The notes: generated by a model from the letters alone, not told the origin. A DNA stretch of 24,000 nt from Alphaproteobacteria bacterium (GCA_035527975.1 DATKZM010000085.1:163325-187324), one strand, 5' to 3'; shown: positions 1 to 8,932, numbered from the stretch's first letter. A program made the numbers and translations.

Positions 1-1
1 C

Positions 2-358
2 AAGCTGCAGGTGAGCGCGCCCTTTCATTGCGCGCTGATGCAGCCGGCGGCCGATGCGATGGCGGCGGCGCTTGAGGCGGTGACGCTCATACCGCCGCTT
101 GTGCCCGTCATCGCCAATGTGACCGCCGCGCCCGTTTCCGACCCCGACACGATCCGGGGCCTCCTGGTTGAGCAGATCACCTCCATGGTGCGTTGGCGCG
201 AAAGCGTGCTGGCGATGCGCGCGGCCGGTGTGGATACCCAAATCGAGCTCGGCGCAGGCAAGGTCCTGTCAGGGCTGGCGCGGCGTATCGACCGAGATAT
301 GACCGCCCTCAACGCCGAGACGCCGGGCGATATCGATGCGCTGGTGAAGGCACTGTGA
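2..358 (+). CDS. fabD: Malonyl-CoA:ACP transacylase FabD, C-terminal fragment; the gene starts upstream of the window
   Basis: The reading frame is open from base 2 (KLQVSAPFHCALMQPAA...QIELGAGKVLSGL...). This matches the FabD C-terminal region (SxPFHCxLM, VRW, ElGpGkvL). It lies immediately upstream of acpP-fabF, as in the usual fab cluster. Stop codon TGA at 356-358. Confidence 0.85.
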   Translation, partial: KLQVSAPFHCALMQPAADAMAAALEAVTLIPPLVPVIANVTAAPVSDPDTIRGLLVEQITSMVRWRESVLAMRAAGVDTQIELGAGKVLSGLARRIDRDMTALNAETPGDIDALVKAL

Positions 359-594
359 GCCCGGAGCGCGCGGCCGGCCACGGCCGCGTGTGGGCTTGCA
401 AGCGGGGCGCTGAAACCCCATCATCATGGGATTGCAACGCCGTCGGCGTGGAACGCTGGCCAAGCGGGGGAAGAGTATGTTACGGAACGCCGCCCGTGGC
501 GGCGTGAGCGCGCGGATGGGGCGGAGATGGACCGCCACTGCGGCTCCATTGAAAGCGTCCATCCAACAGTCGAGATCGCTTGAGGATAACGAAT

Positions 595-831
595 ATGAGT
601 GATGTTGCCGAGCGCGTGAAAAAAATTGTCGTCGAGCATCTTGGTGTCGACGAGGCCAAGGTCGCGGACAACGCCAACTTCATCGAGGATCTGGGCGCCG
701 ACAGCCTGGATACCGTCGAGCTGGTTATGGCGTTCGAAGAAGAGTTCAGTTGCGAAATCCCCGACGACGCGGCGGAGAAGATCGTCACCGTCAAGGATGC
801 CATCGACTACATCAAGAAGATCGCAGCCTGA
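595..831 (+). CDS. acpP: Acyl carrier protein
   Basis: 78-aa product [18 protein letters not shown]...[19 protein letters not shown] carries the DSLD phosphopantetheine-attachment motif. GAGGA Shine-Dalgarno at 582-586, 8 nt before the ATG at 595. The ORF-track start at 580 is a TTG inside the RBS region and is unlikely. Confidence 0.95.
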   Translation: MSDVAERVKKIVVEHLGVDEAKVADNANFIEDLGADSLDTVELVMAFEEEFSCEIPDDAAEKIVTVKDAIDYIKKIAA

Positions 832-836
832 CCAGG

Positions 837-852
837 GCCGGACTTGTCCGGC
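837..852 (+). terminator. GC-rich hairpin just after the acpP stop; possible attenuator or partial terminator between acpP and fabF
   Basis: GCCGGAC-TT-GTCCGGC is a perfect 7-bp inverted repeat starting 6 nt after the acpP TGA. No U-tract follows, so a terminator function is only suggested. Confidence 0.3.
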
Positions 853-939
853 ATGCCGCTGGCCCAGCGCACCTTATGCCCAACCCGTGCCTCTGTCTTA
901 GGAGCGCTCGGACAATCATGAACAGTCAGCGATAGGCGG

Positions 940-2202
940 ATGAGACGGGTAGTCGTCACCGGCCTGGGGATCGTGGCACCGCTTGGCGTCGGGGTTGAGG
1001 CTGTGTGGAAGCGCCTAATCGAGGGCCATTCCGGCATTACCGGCGTTCAGGGCTTCGATGTCTCCGATTTGCCGGCCAAGATCGCAGGTGTGATCCCGCG
1101 CGGCGAAACGACCGAAGGCCGTTTCAATGCCGACGATTGGATGGCACCCAAGGACCAGCGCAAGGTCGATCCCTTCATACTCTACGCCATGGCCGCGGCG
1201 ACCCAAGCAGTGGAAGACGCCGGCTGGACCCCCGATGAAGAGGAAGACCAAGACCGTACCGGCGTCATGATCGGCTCCGGCATTGGCGGCCTGCAGGGCA
1301 TTTACGAAGGCTCGATCACGCTGCACGAACGTGGACCGCGCCGGCTAAGCCCGTTTTTTATACCCTCTTGCCTAGTCAATCTCGCCTCAGGCCAGGTTTC
1401 GATCAAGTATCGATTTCGCGGCCCCAACCATTCCGTGGTGACGGCGTGCTCGACGGGCGCGCACGCGATCGGCGATGCCAGCCGGCTGATCGGCCATGGC
1501 GACGCCGATGTCATGGTCGCCGGCGGCGCCGAAGCGGCGGTCTGCAGGATCGGCATTGCCGGTTTCGCCGCGGCCCGCGCGCTTTCGACCAATTTCAACG
1601 ACGAGCCGCATCGTGCCTCGCGGCCCTGGGACAAGGACCGTGACGGCTTCGTCATGGGCGAGGGCGCGGGCATCGTGGTGTTGGAAGAGTTGGAGCATGC
1701 AAAGAAACGCGGCGCCAACATTTACGCCGAGGTGATCGGTTACGGCCTGTCAGGCGACGCGCACCACATCACTGCGCCTGCTGCCGACGGCAATGGCGGC
1801 TTCCGCGCCATGACCAACGCGCTCAAGAGCGCCGGACTTGGGCCCGAAGACATCGACTATATCAACGCCCATGGCACGTCGACGCCGCTCGGCGACGAGA
1901 TCGAGGTGAACGCGGTCAAACGCCTTTTCGACGATCACTCATACAAGCTCTCCATGTCGTCGACCAAATCGGCGATCGGGCACTTGCTGGGTGCCGCGGG
2001 CAGCGTGGAGGCGATCTTCTCGATCATGGCACTCAACACCGGTGTGTTGCCGCCGACGCTCAATCTCGACAATCCGTCCGAGGGCTGTGATATCGATCTG
2101 GTGCCCAAGCAGGCAAAGGAGCGGACGGTCAAACACGTACTCACCAATTCCTTCGGCTTCGGCGGGACCAACGCCAGCCTGATCTTCGGCGCGGCACCTT
2201 AA
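940..2202 (+). CDS. fabF: 3-oxoacyl-ACP synthase II (KAS II)
   Basis: 420 aa with N-terminus MRRVVVTGLG. Active-site Cys in TACSTGAH and His residues in HHITAP and NAHGTSTPLGD. C-terminal NSFGFGGTNASL. Located downstream of acpP. Confidence 0.95.
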   Translation: MRRVVVTGLGIVAPLGVGVEAVWKRLIEGHSGITGVQGFDVSDLPAKIAGVIPRGETTEGRFNADDWMAPKDQRKVDPFILYAMAAATQAVEDAGWTPDEEEDQDRTGVMIGSGIGGLQGIYEGSITLHERGPRRLSPFFIPSCLVNLASGQVSIKYRFRGPNHSVVTACSTGAHAIGDASRLIGHGDADVMVAGGAEAAVCRIGIAGFAAARALSTNFNDEPHRASRPWDKDRDGFVMGEGAGIVVLEELEHAKKRGANIYAEVIGYGLSGDAHHITAPAADGNGGFRAMTNALKSAGLGPEDIDYINAHGTSTPLGDEIEVNAVKRLFDDHSYKLSMSSTKSAIGHLLGAAGSVEAIFSIMALNTGVLPPTLNLDNPSEGCDIDLVPKQAKERTVKHVLTNSFGFGGTNASLIFGAAP

Positions 2203-2205
2203 CCG

Positions 2206-3273
2206 ATGCGGCGTGTTCTCGCGGCGGTGCTCGGACTGTTCATCGGCCTCGCCGCGGTCGTCGGGCTGCTTGGCTATTGGGGTTTGAAGACCTACACCGC
2301 CGCCGGGCCGTTGCGCGAAGCGACAACCGTTGTCATTCCGAAGGGCTCCGGCCGCGATGCCATCCTGCGCCGTCTGCTTGCTGTCGGAGTGATCGAGGAT
2401 CCGGTGGTTTTCCGTGTCGCCATGCGCTTGACCCGCAGCGCCGGCCGTTTGAAGGCCGGCGAGTACCGCTTTCCGCCACGCGTCAGCATGAAGCGGGTAC
2501 TGGCGCGGATCGTTGCGGGCAAGACGGTGCTGCGCATGTTCACCGCGCATGAGGGACTCACGACCTATCAGATCCTGGAACGTCTCAAGGCAACCGACGG
2601 CCTGGAAGGCGATGTGTCGTTGGCGCCGCGCGAGGGCGCGTTGCTGCCCGAGACCTACAGCTTTGCACTCGGCGATAAGCGCGATGCCATCGTCAAGCGG
2701 ATGCGCGATGCGATGGCGGCGGCGCTCAACGAGCTTTGGCAAAAGCGCGCCAAGGATTTGCCGTTCAAGACCAAACGCGAGGCACTCATCCTCGCCTCGA
2801 TCATCGAGAAGGAAACCGGTAAGGCCGGCGAGCGAGTGCGGGTCGCGGCGGTCTTCGTCAATCGGCTGCGCAAAGGCATGCGCCTCCAGACCGACCCGAC
2901 CGTGATCTATGGCATCACCAAGGGAAAAGGCCCGCTGGGCCGCCGGTTGCTGACCAAGGACCTGGAGCGCAAGACGCCCTACAACACCTACCGGATCGAT
3001 GGCCTGCCGCCGGGCCCGATCGCAAATCCCGGCCACGCCGCCATCGCCGCCGCGCTCAACCCGGCCAAGACCAAGGAGCTTTACTTCGTCGCCGACGGGA
3101 CCGGCGGTCATGCCTTCGCCGAGACGCTGGAAGAGCACAACAAGAACGTCGCCCGCTGGCGCGAGCTGCGCCGCCAACGCGAAGCGGAAGCGGCGAAGAA
3201 AAAGGCCGAGGAAGCGAAAAAGACCAACGGCGACGGCAGCAGCAAAACAGGCAACGGCGGCAGCACGAATTAA
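2206..3273 (+). CDS. mltG: Endolytic murein transglycosylase MltG (YceG-like), with a charged Lys/Glu/Ala-rich and Gly/Ser/Asn-rich C-terminal tail
   Basis: N-terminal transmembrane helix. YceG-family motifs are present: GEYRF, ASIIEKET, LQTDPTVIYG, YNTYRIDGLPPGPIANPG, YFVADGTGGHAF. The start lies 3 nt after the fabF stop. Confidence 0.9.
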   Translation: MRRVLAAVLGLFIGLAAVVGLLGYWGLKTYTAAGPLREATTVVIPKGSGRDAILRRLLAVGVIEDPVVFRVAMRLTRSAGRLKAGEYRFPPRVSMKRVLARIVAGKTVLRMFTAHEGLTTYQILERLKATDGLEGDVSLAPREGALLPETYSFALGDKRDAIVKRMRDAMAAALNELWQKRAKDLPFKTKREALILASIIEKETGKAGERVRVAAVFVNRLRKGMRLQTDPTVIYGITKGKGPLGRRLLTKDLERKTPYNTYRIDGLPPGPIANPGHAAIAAALNPAKTKELYFVADGTGGHAFAETLEEHNKNVARWRELRRQREAEAAKKKAEEAKKTNGDGSSKTGNGGSTN

Positions 3274-3283
3274 TGCCGAGCGC

Positions 3284-4321
3284 CTACCGGACACTGTCCG
3301 CGCGTCCAAGCGACTTATAGCGTCGCCGGTAGCGGGCCGGCGTGGTGCCGGTGCGCCGTTTGAACAGGCGTCGGAAGAACGTTGGATCTTCGTAGCCGAT
3401 CGCCCGCCCGACTGCGTCGGTGGGCTCCTCGGTCGTTTCGAGAAGTTGTTTGGCCTCTTCGATGCGCAGCGTCTGCACATACTCAACCGGCGAATAGCCG
3501 GTGGCCGACCTGAAGCGTCGTTTGAACGTGCGCTCCGGCAGCCCCGCGCGCTCCACCATGCGGGCAGCCGGCGAGGCGGCGGCGTAGTGATTGGCGATCC
3601 AGCTCTGGGCGTCGGCGATGACTGCATCGTCGTGTCGCCGCGGCCGGCCGACCGCCATGTACGGCAGCTGGCCCTCGCTGCGGTCGCCGAACACAAAGAC
3701 CTTGGCCGTGCGGACCGCCTCCGTCTGACCGCAGAACCGCGCGACAAGGTAGAGCGCCAGATCTTCCCAGGACGAGGCGCCGCCGCTTGTGATGACACGG
3801 TGCTCCGGGCCGGTTGGGACGAGAATGCGCTCGGGTCTCAGCATCACGGCGGGGAAAAAGCGCGCGAAAAGATCGGTCATTGACCAGTGTGTCGTCGCGT
3901 CCTGGCCATCGAGCAGCCCTGTATCGGCCAGCAGCACCGATCCCGAGCACACCGAACAGATATGCGCGCCATCGTCGTGCCGGCGGCGGATCCAGTCGGC
4001 GACCTTTGGCCAACGACCGCGCGGGTCCTCATCGGTGGCAAGGGCAAGATCGGCCACGATTATGATGTCGGTCGCGTCGATCTCGCCGAGCGATGCATGC
4101 GGGGCGATCGGCGTGCCGGCGGCGCAGGTGAACATGGCACCGTCGGGTGAGACGATCTTCACATCGAATAGTGGCGCGCTTTCCGACGCTCCGGTCAGAA
4201 ACGGCCAGGCCACGCCGGCCGATGTGAAGACCTCGTATAAGCCATAGAGCGCCGCGGGCGTGCTCTCCGGCAACGCCAGTAGGCTCACCGATACCGGCCG
4301 GTTTCCCGCGCTTGTCGTCAT
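3284..4321 (-). CDS. GlxA-family transcriptional regulator (DJ-1/PfpI-like domain plus C-terminal AraC-type HTH)
   Basis: N-terminal domain contains ...IIIVADL... and CSVCSGSVLLADTGLLDG.ATTHW, the DJ-1/PfpI nucleophile-elbow Cys context. The C-terminus carries a double AraC HTH (SPVEYVQTLRIEEAKQLL...IGYEDPTFFRRLFKRRTGTTPARYRRRY). I prefer the ATG at 4321 (MTTSAGNRPVSVSLL..., 345 aa) over the TTG at 4420. Confidence 0.8.
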   Translation of the reverse strand: MTTSAGNRPVSVSLLALPESTPAALYGLYEVFTSAGVAWPFLTGASESAPLFDVKIVSPDGAMFTCAAGTPIAPHASLGEIDATDIIIVADLALATDEDPRGRWPKVADWIRRRHDDGAHICSVCSGSVLLADTGLLDGQDATTHWSMTDLFARFFPAVMLRPERILVPTGPEHRVITSGGASSWEDLALYLVARFCGQTEAVRTAKVFVFGDRSEGQLPYMAVGRPRRHDDAVIADAQSWIANHYAAASPAARMVERAGLPERTFKRRFRSATGYSPVEYVQTLRIEEAKQLLETTEEPTDAVGRAIGYEDPTFFRRLFKRRTGTTPARYRRRYKSLGRADSVR

Positions 4322-4476
4322 CGAGCCAATTTGGCAGATAAACCCCGTTTGTGTCCATTGTCGCTCTAGCGGGCGATTCGCTCCAAGCCTAGTTTCGGCC
4401 CGCAACGCAACGGAACCCAACTAGCCCAATTCAGTGGCGCCGGGTTTCGCCCCTTCCATCCAATCGGAGAAATGCA

Positions 4477-5559
4477 ATGAATATGGCTGCACCAGTCGCG
4501 CTGTCGTTCGACCAGCACACAGCGGAACTATTCGCAGAGAAGATCGGCGGGATCGTGAATTCCGGCGCTGTATCGGTCATGCTGTCGATCGGCCACCGCA
4601 CAGGTCTGTTAGATACGCTGGCCATGCTGCCGCCCAGCACCAGCGCCCAGATCGCCGAGGCTGCGGCGCTGTCCGAACGCTATGTCCGCGAGTGGCTTGC
4701 CGTGATGGTGACGGCCGGCATCGTGGACTACGCACCGAAAGCACGGCGCTATCATCTTCCTGACGAGCACGCATCCTGCCTGACACACAATGCGCCACTG
4801 GGCAATCTGGCGATCTACGCCCAGTTCGTACCGATGTCGGGGGCGGTACAGGACCGTATCGTTGAGTGTTTCAAAACCGGCGATGGGACCCGCTACGACG
4901 ACTATCCGTGCTTTCACGCCATCATGGCAGAGGACAGCGCCCAGAACGTCGTGGCACCGCTTTTCGATGCGGTGTTGCCGCTGGCTGAGGGCCTTGCGGC
5001 GCGGCTTGAAGCCGGGATCGACGTCCTCGACGCCGGATGCGGCGCCGGCGGGACCCTCATCGCAATGGCGGCGCGTTATCCCAACAGCCGCTTTACCGGC
5101 TACGATCTGTGCCCGGACGCCGTTGCCGCGGCGCGGCAAGCGGCCGGAGCCGTGTCCAACATCCGCTTCGAGCAGTGCGATCTGACCGGCTTCAGCGAGC
5201 CGGGCGCTTTCGATCTCGTCACATCATTCGATGCGATCCACGACCAGAAAGATCCCCAAGGCGTATTGGCCGGCATTCACGGCGCGCTGCGGCCGGGCGG
5301 TGTTCATCTGATGCAGGATATCGGCGGTTCGGCCTCGCTGGAAAATAACCTCGACTTTCCGTTCGCAGCGTTTCTCTACACGGCGTCCTGTATGCATTGC
5401 ATGCCTGTTTTCCTGGGCCAGGGCGGCGCGGGCTTGGGCACGATGTGGGGCTGGGAGACGGCCGAGCGGATGCTGGGCCAAGCGGGTTTTCGTTCGATCG
5501 AGCGTCACGTTCTGGATCACGATCCGATGAATGTCTGGTTCGTCTCGCGCAAGGACTGA
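4477..5559 (+). CDS. Class I SAM-dependent methyltransferase with an N-terminal winged-helix (Rv2258c-like) domain
   Basis: SAM motif I VLDAGCGAGG, followed by YDL...A, FDLVTSFDAIHD and LRPGGVHLM. The roughly 100-aa N-terminus looks like a wHTH dimerisation domain (TGLLDTL...STSAQIAEAAALSERYVREWL). GGAG RBS 7 nt upstream of the ATG at 4477. Confidence 0.75.
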   Translation: MNMAAPVALSFDQHTAELFAEKIGGIVNSGAVSVMLSIGHRTGLLDTLAMLPPSTSAQIAEAAALSERYVREWLAVMVTAGIVDYAPKARRYHLPDEHASCLTHNAPLGNLAIYAQFVPMSGAVQDRIVECFKTGDGTRYDDYPCFHAIMAEDSAQNVVAPLFDAVLPLAEGLAARLEAGIDVLDAGCGAGGTLIAMAARYPNSRFTGYDLCPDAVAAARQAAGAVSNIRFEQCDLTGFSEPGAFDLVTSFDAIHDQKDPQGVLAGIHGALRPGGVHLMQDIGGSASLENNLDFPFAAFLYTASCMHCMPVFLGQGGAGLGTMWGWETAERMLGQAGFRSIERHVLDHDPMNVWFVSRKD

Positions 5560-5578
5560 ACGGAGATGCGGCCGTCGA

Positions 5579-6388
5579 TCAATCCTTGGCGGCCGCATCC
5601 TTCCTCGGCAGCATTCTCAGCAGCGGATCGGTCAGCGCGACCGGCAGGCCGGCGATCAGGCGCGCCAGCCAGTACATCGTCAGCGGAAAGGCAATGCGCC
5701 CCTTGTTGCGCCGCAAGGCCCGCTTGATCTTGCGAGCCGCCCGGTCGGCATCCATCAGCATCGGCATCGGGAACTTGTTGCGCGCCGTTATGCGGCTGTG
5801 GACATAGCCGGGGCAGATCACGTTGACCTCGATGCCGCGGTGATGCAGCTCGCCGCGCATCGCCTCGCCATAGATGCGGACCGCGGCCTTGCTGGCGCAA
5901 TAGGACGGCGCCCCGGGAAGCCCGCGAAACGAGACCAGCGAGCTCATGATCGCGATCTGCCCCCGTTTGGTTGTGGGCTTGCCGTCGGGCCGCGTGGGGT
6001 CACGCGCCAGCATCGCCTCGATTGCCGGCAGCACGGTGTTCATCACGCCGTCGATGTTGATGGCCAGCACGTCGCGCGCTTGCGCGGCATGTTCGCGGCC
6101 GCCGCCGGTGCCGGCTGACACGCCGGCATTCGCGACCACGAGATCGATCGGGCGCTCGGCCTCGATTTTTGCGATCCAGTCCGCCATCGCCGCCGCGTCG
6201 GTAACGTCGATCACTCGGGCGTCGATCATGGCGCCCTTGTTGCGGCAGCGCTGGCGGATCTCGCCCAGCCGCGCCGCGTCGCGTCCGCTAAGGGCGAGAA
6301 AGACGTCGTGCGTGGCATAGGCGACAGCAAGCGCCTCGCCGATGCCGCTGGAGGCGCCTGTGATCAGGATGGTTTTGGGATCGCGCAT
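5579..6388 (-). CDS. Classical short-chain dehydrogenase/reductase (SDR) family oxidoreductase
   Basis: TGASSGIGEALA cofactor motif, NAGV, and Ser...YCASK catalytic residues. 269 aa with an internal insertion and a basic C-terminal extension. It does not resemble FabG in detail. Confidence 0.8.
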   Translation of the reverse strand: MRDPKTILITGASSGIGEALAVAYATHDVFLALSGRDAARLGEIRQRCRNKGAMIDARVIDVTDAAAMADWIAKIEAERPIDLVVANAGVSAGTGGGREHAAQARDVLAINIDGVMNTVLPAIEAMLARDPTRPDGKPTTKRGQIAIMSSLVSFRGLPGAPSYCASKAAVRIYGEAMRGELHHRGIEVNVICPGYVHSRITARNKFPMPMLMDADRAARKIKRALRRNKGRIAFPLTMYWLARLIAGLPVALTDPLLRMLPRKDAAAKD

Positions 6389-6408
6389 CGCGAGCGGGCC
6401 GCCGGGCG

Positions 6409-6438
6409 CTTGTTGCCGTACCGGGCGCGGTATATAGA
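6409..6438 (+). promoter_or_regulatory. Candidate sigma-70-type promoter for yicC-gmk
   Basis: CTTGTT(G) followed by a 16-17 nt spacer and then TATATAGA, resembling the alphaproteobacterial CTTGAC-N17-CTATAT consensus. It lies in the SDR/yicC divergent intergenic region. This is a motif match only. Confidence 0.25.
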
Positions 6439-6516
6439 GGGTTGCGCGCGCTTAGGCTAGCGCGGACGTGCTTTACGCTTGGCGCACGGGGGAGATTTCG
6501 TGGAGCAGGGGGGCGG

Positions 6517-7404
6517 GTGACGATTTTCAGCATGACCGGTTTTGCCCGCGAGGAAGGTGCCGACGAGGGTGCCCAGTGGGTCTGGGAGGCGCGCAGCGTC
6601 AACGCCCGCGGCCTCGACATCCGCTGCAAGCTGCCGCCCGGCCTCGATCGGATCGAGGCGCCGGCGCGCGAGGCCGTCGCGGCGCGCGTCAGGCGCGGCT
6701 CCGTCTCGATCAATCTCACCCTGACACGCCGGTCCGGCGAGGGCGCGCTGAGGATCAACCGCGCATTACTCGACGAGGTGATCCGCCTGCGCGACGATTT
6801 GGGCGATATCGTCGATCCCGCCCCGCCGCGCCTTGAGGCGCTGCTGGCGGTGCGCGGCGTCTTGGAGCTTGCTGGGGAGGAGCCGGATGAGACGGCTGAG
6901 AAGGCGCGCGATGCGGCGCTGCTCGCCTCGCTGGGGCGCACCCTCGACGCGCTGGCGGTGATGCGGGGCGAGGAGGGCGCCCGCTTGGGGGATATTTTTG
7001 CCGATCAGCTTGCCGAGCTTTCGGCGCTTGCCGGGTCTGCCGGCGAGACCGCCGCCGTGCAGCCGGGCGCGATCAAGGCGCGCCTCGCACAGCAGGTCGC
7101 GGCGCTCATCGAGGCCGATCCGGCATTGCCCGAGGAGCGCCTGGCCCAGGAAGCCGCGCTGCTTGCCGCCAAGGCCGACGTTGCCGAGGAGCTTGACCGG
7201 CTGGGCGCGCATGTCGCTGCCGTACGCGATCTCATATCCGCAGACGAGCCGGTGGGCCGGCGCCTCGATTTTCTGTGCCAGGAGCTCAACCGCGAGGCCA
7301 ATACGCTCTGCGCCAAGTCCTCCGATATCGCGCTTACCAATATCGGTCTGGCCTTGAAGGCCGCGATCGAACGCCTGCGCGAGCAGGTCCAGAACGTCGA
7401 GTAG
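6517..7404 (+). CDS. yicC: YicC/YloC family stress-induced protein
   Basis: N-terminus (GTG)TIFSMTGFAREEG matches the conserved SMTGF start of YicC proteins. The C-terminal DUF1732-like region has EELDRL..H, LDFLCQELNREANTLCAKS and ERLREQVQNVE. Its position directly upstream of gmk is the usual synteny. The ORF-track TTG at 6442 gives an implausible Arg/Gly-rich leader. Confidence 0.85.
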   Translation: MTIFSMTGFAREEGADEGAQWVWEARSVNARGLDIRCKLPPGLDRIEAPAREAVAARVRRGSVSINLTLTRRSGEGALRINRALLDEVIRLRDDLGDIVDPAPPRLEALLAVRGVLELAGEEPDETAEKARDAALLASLGRTLDALAVMRGEEGARLGDIFADQLAELSALAGSAGETAAVQPGAIKARLAQQVAALIEADPALPEERLAQEAALLAAKADVAEELDRLGAHVAAVRDLISADEPVGRRLDFLCQELNREANTLCAKSSDIALTNIGLALKAAIERLREQVQNVE

Positions 7405-7414
7405 CGCATCCGCG

Positions 7415-8065
7415 ATGAGCGCGCGCGTGAACAATCCACCGATTTCCAGACGCGGCCTGATGCTGGTGCTGTCCTCGCCCTCGGGCGCCGGCAAGACCTC
7501 GATCGCGCGCGCGATCCTGGCCGCCGATAACAACATTTCGATGTCGGTGTCCGTGACCACGCGGCCCCAGCGCGCCGGCGAGAAGGAGGGCGTCGACTAC
7601 CACTTCATCGACGCCGCACGCTTCGAGACGATGGCTTCGGCCGGGGAGCTACTGGAGCACGCCGAGGTTTTCGGCAACCGCTATGGAACGCCGCGCGCGC
7701 CGGTCGACGAAGCGTTGGAAGCGGGCCGCGATGTGCTTTTCGATATCGACTGGCAGGGCGCCAAGCAGATCGAGGAGGCGGCGCGCAGTGATTTAATCAA
7801 GGTTTTCATCCTGCCGCCTTCCTTTGCCGCGCTGGAATCCCGGCTCAAATCGCGCGAGCGCGATCCGGGAGACGTCGTCGCCAAACGTATGGCGCTCGCC
7901 ATGGATGAGATCGACCACTGGTCGGAGTATGACTACGTCGTCGTCAATGCCGTTCTGGATGAGAGCGTGGCCCAAGTCCGCGCCATCCTGGCCGCCGAGC
8001 GGCTCCAGCGCCGCCGCCAGACCGGGCTGGTCGATTTCGTCAACCGGCTCCGGGACCGCGGCTAA
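7415..8065 (+). CDS. gmk: Guanylate kinase
   Basis: RRGLMLVLSSPSGAGKTS P-loop, GVDYHF, FGNRYGTP, FDIDWQGA, and the overall length of 216 aa. Confidence 0.93.
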   Translation: MSARVNNPPISRRGLMLVLSSPSGAGKTSIARAILAADNNISMSVSVTTRPQRAGEKEGVDYHFIDAARFETMASAGELLEHAEVFGNRYGTPRAPVDEALEAGRDVLFDIDWQGAKQIEEAARSDLIKVFILPPSFAALESRLKSRERDPGDVVAKRMALAMDEIDHWSEYDYVVVNAVLDESVAQVRAILAAERLQRRRQTGLVDFVNRLRDRG

Positions 8066-8071
8066 TACTGG

Positions 8072-8929
8072 TCAAACCGGCGGGACAGCACGCGCCAGCG
8101 CACAGAATGCCTCCACCGGCAGGTCTTCCGCCCGTGCCGTCGGCTCGACGCCGGCGGCGTCCAGCAAGGCTGCCGTATCGCCGCCCAGCGTCCTGAGGCT
8201 CGATCGCACCATCTTGCGGCGTTGGCCGAAGGCGGCGGCGGTGACGCGCTCGAGGATGGCCATCTCGGCCGGCGCCAGCGGCTCGGTACGCGGCGTCAAG
8301 CGGACCACCGAAGACGCCACCTTGGGCGGCGGCACGAAAGCCTCGGCAGGCAGATTGAACATCCGCTCGGCTTCACAGAGCCATTGCGTCAGCACCGTGA
8401 GCCGTCCGTAGGCCTTACTCCCGGGCTTGGCGATCAGCCGCTCGGCAACCTCCTTCTGGAACATCAGGGTCATCGAGCGAATGGCCGAGGCCTTGGCCAG
8501 CCATTTTATGAGCAGCACCGTGCCGATATTGTAAGGCAGGTTGGAGACGACACGGAGCGGCAGGCCGCCGTGATCGCGCGCCAGGGCCGCCGGATCGACC
8601 TCCAGTGCATCGCCCTCGGCTACGGTAAGCCGCCCACCGGCGGCCGTCACCAGCTCCTGCAAGGCCTCAACGCAGCGCGGATCGCGCTCCACCGCGACGA
8701 CATGGGCGGCGCCAGCGCGCAGCAGCGAGCGTGTGAGCGCGCCGGGTCCCGGTCCGACCTCGTAGACGAGGCAGCCTTCGAGCGGCCCCGCTGCCCGTGC
8801 GATCCGGTCCGTCAGATTGAGATCGAGGATAAAATGCTGACCAAGCGCGCCCCGCGCCCTCAAATGGTGACGTGCGATGACGTCGCGCAAAGGCGCCAGA
8901 CCCTCGATCGCGGCGACAAGGTCGGCCAA
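8072..8929 (-). CDS. rsmA: 16S rRNA (adenine1518/1519-N6)-dimethyltransferase RsmA/KsgA
   Basis: LGQHFILDLNLTDRI (GQNFL motif), VYEVGPGPGALT SAM motif, VVSNLPYNI, and C-terminal RAEDL. Apparent TTG start 3 nt after the pdxA stop, since an in-frame stop lies immediately upstream. This is the standard surA-pdxA-rsmA synteny. Confidence 0.9.
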   Translation of the reverse strand: MADLVAAIEGLAPLRDVIARHHLRARGALGQHFILDLNLTDRIARAAGPLEGCLVYEVGPGPGALTRSLLRAGAAHVVAVERDPRCVEALQELVTAAGGRLTVAEGDALEVDPAALARDHGGLPLRVVSNLPYNIGTVLLIKWLAKASAIRSMTLMFQKEVAERLIAKPGSKAYGRLTVLTQWLCEAERMFNLPAEAFVPPPKVASSVVRLTPRTEPLAPAEMAILERVTAAAFGQRRKMVRSSLRTLGGDTAALLDAAGVEPTARAEDLPVEAFCALARAVPPV

Positions 8930-8932
8930 GGC

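Noticed and set aside
359-594. Degraded fabG pseudogene in the fabD-acpP spacer
   Set aside because: Translating the three plus-strand frames by eye gave no SDR-like motif. In addition, 236 nt is far too short for more than a small remnant. The spacer is left as unexplained intergenic sequence. The minus strand was not examined exhaustively.
3180-3273. MltG C-terminal tail (RRQREAEAAKKKAEEAKKTNGDGSSKTGNGGSTN) as a separate functional domain or fused gene
   Set aside because: It is a low-complexity charged tail in frame with mltG, with no independent start or motif. It is probably a lineage-specific disordered extension, and the sequence gives no basis for a functional claim.
1939-3798. 619-aa ORF on the minus strand spanning the fabF 3' end, all of mltG and part of the regulator gene
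   Set aside because: It lies antisense to, or out of frame with, three genes that have strong family motifs. Its product is Arg/Ala/Pro/Ser-rich low complexity with no recognisable motif. This is a typical GC-rich shadow ORF.
4322-4420. N-terminal extensions offered by the ORF track: regulator from TTG 4420, yicC from TTG 6442, lptG from 14756, the lipocalin-like gene from 21771, and acpP from TTG 580
   Set aside because: The extensions start at rare codons, encode Arg/Gly/Pro-rich leaders absent from the respective families, or overlap the upstream gene. Internal ATG or GTG starts reproduce the family-typical N-termini, in several cases with an RBS.
5579-6388. SDR gene as a displaced fabG
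   Set aside because: It has YCASK rather than the FabG-type NYAASKAG context. It also carries an internal insertion (ARDPTRPDGKPTTKRGQ) and a long basic C-terminal tail, is 269 aa long, and lies on the opposite strand 5 kb from the fab genes. I treat it as a generic SDR.
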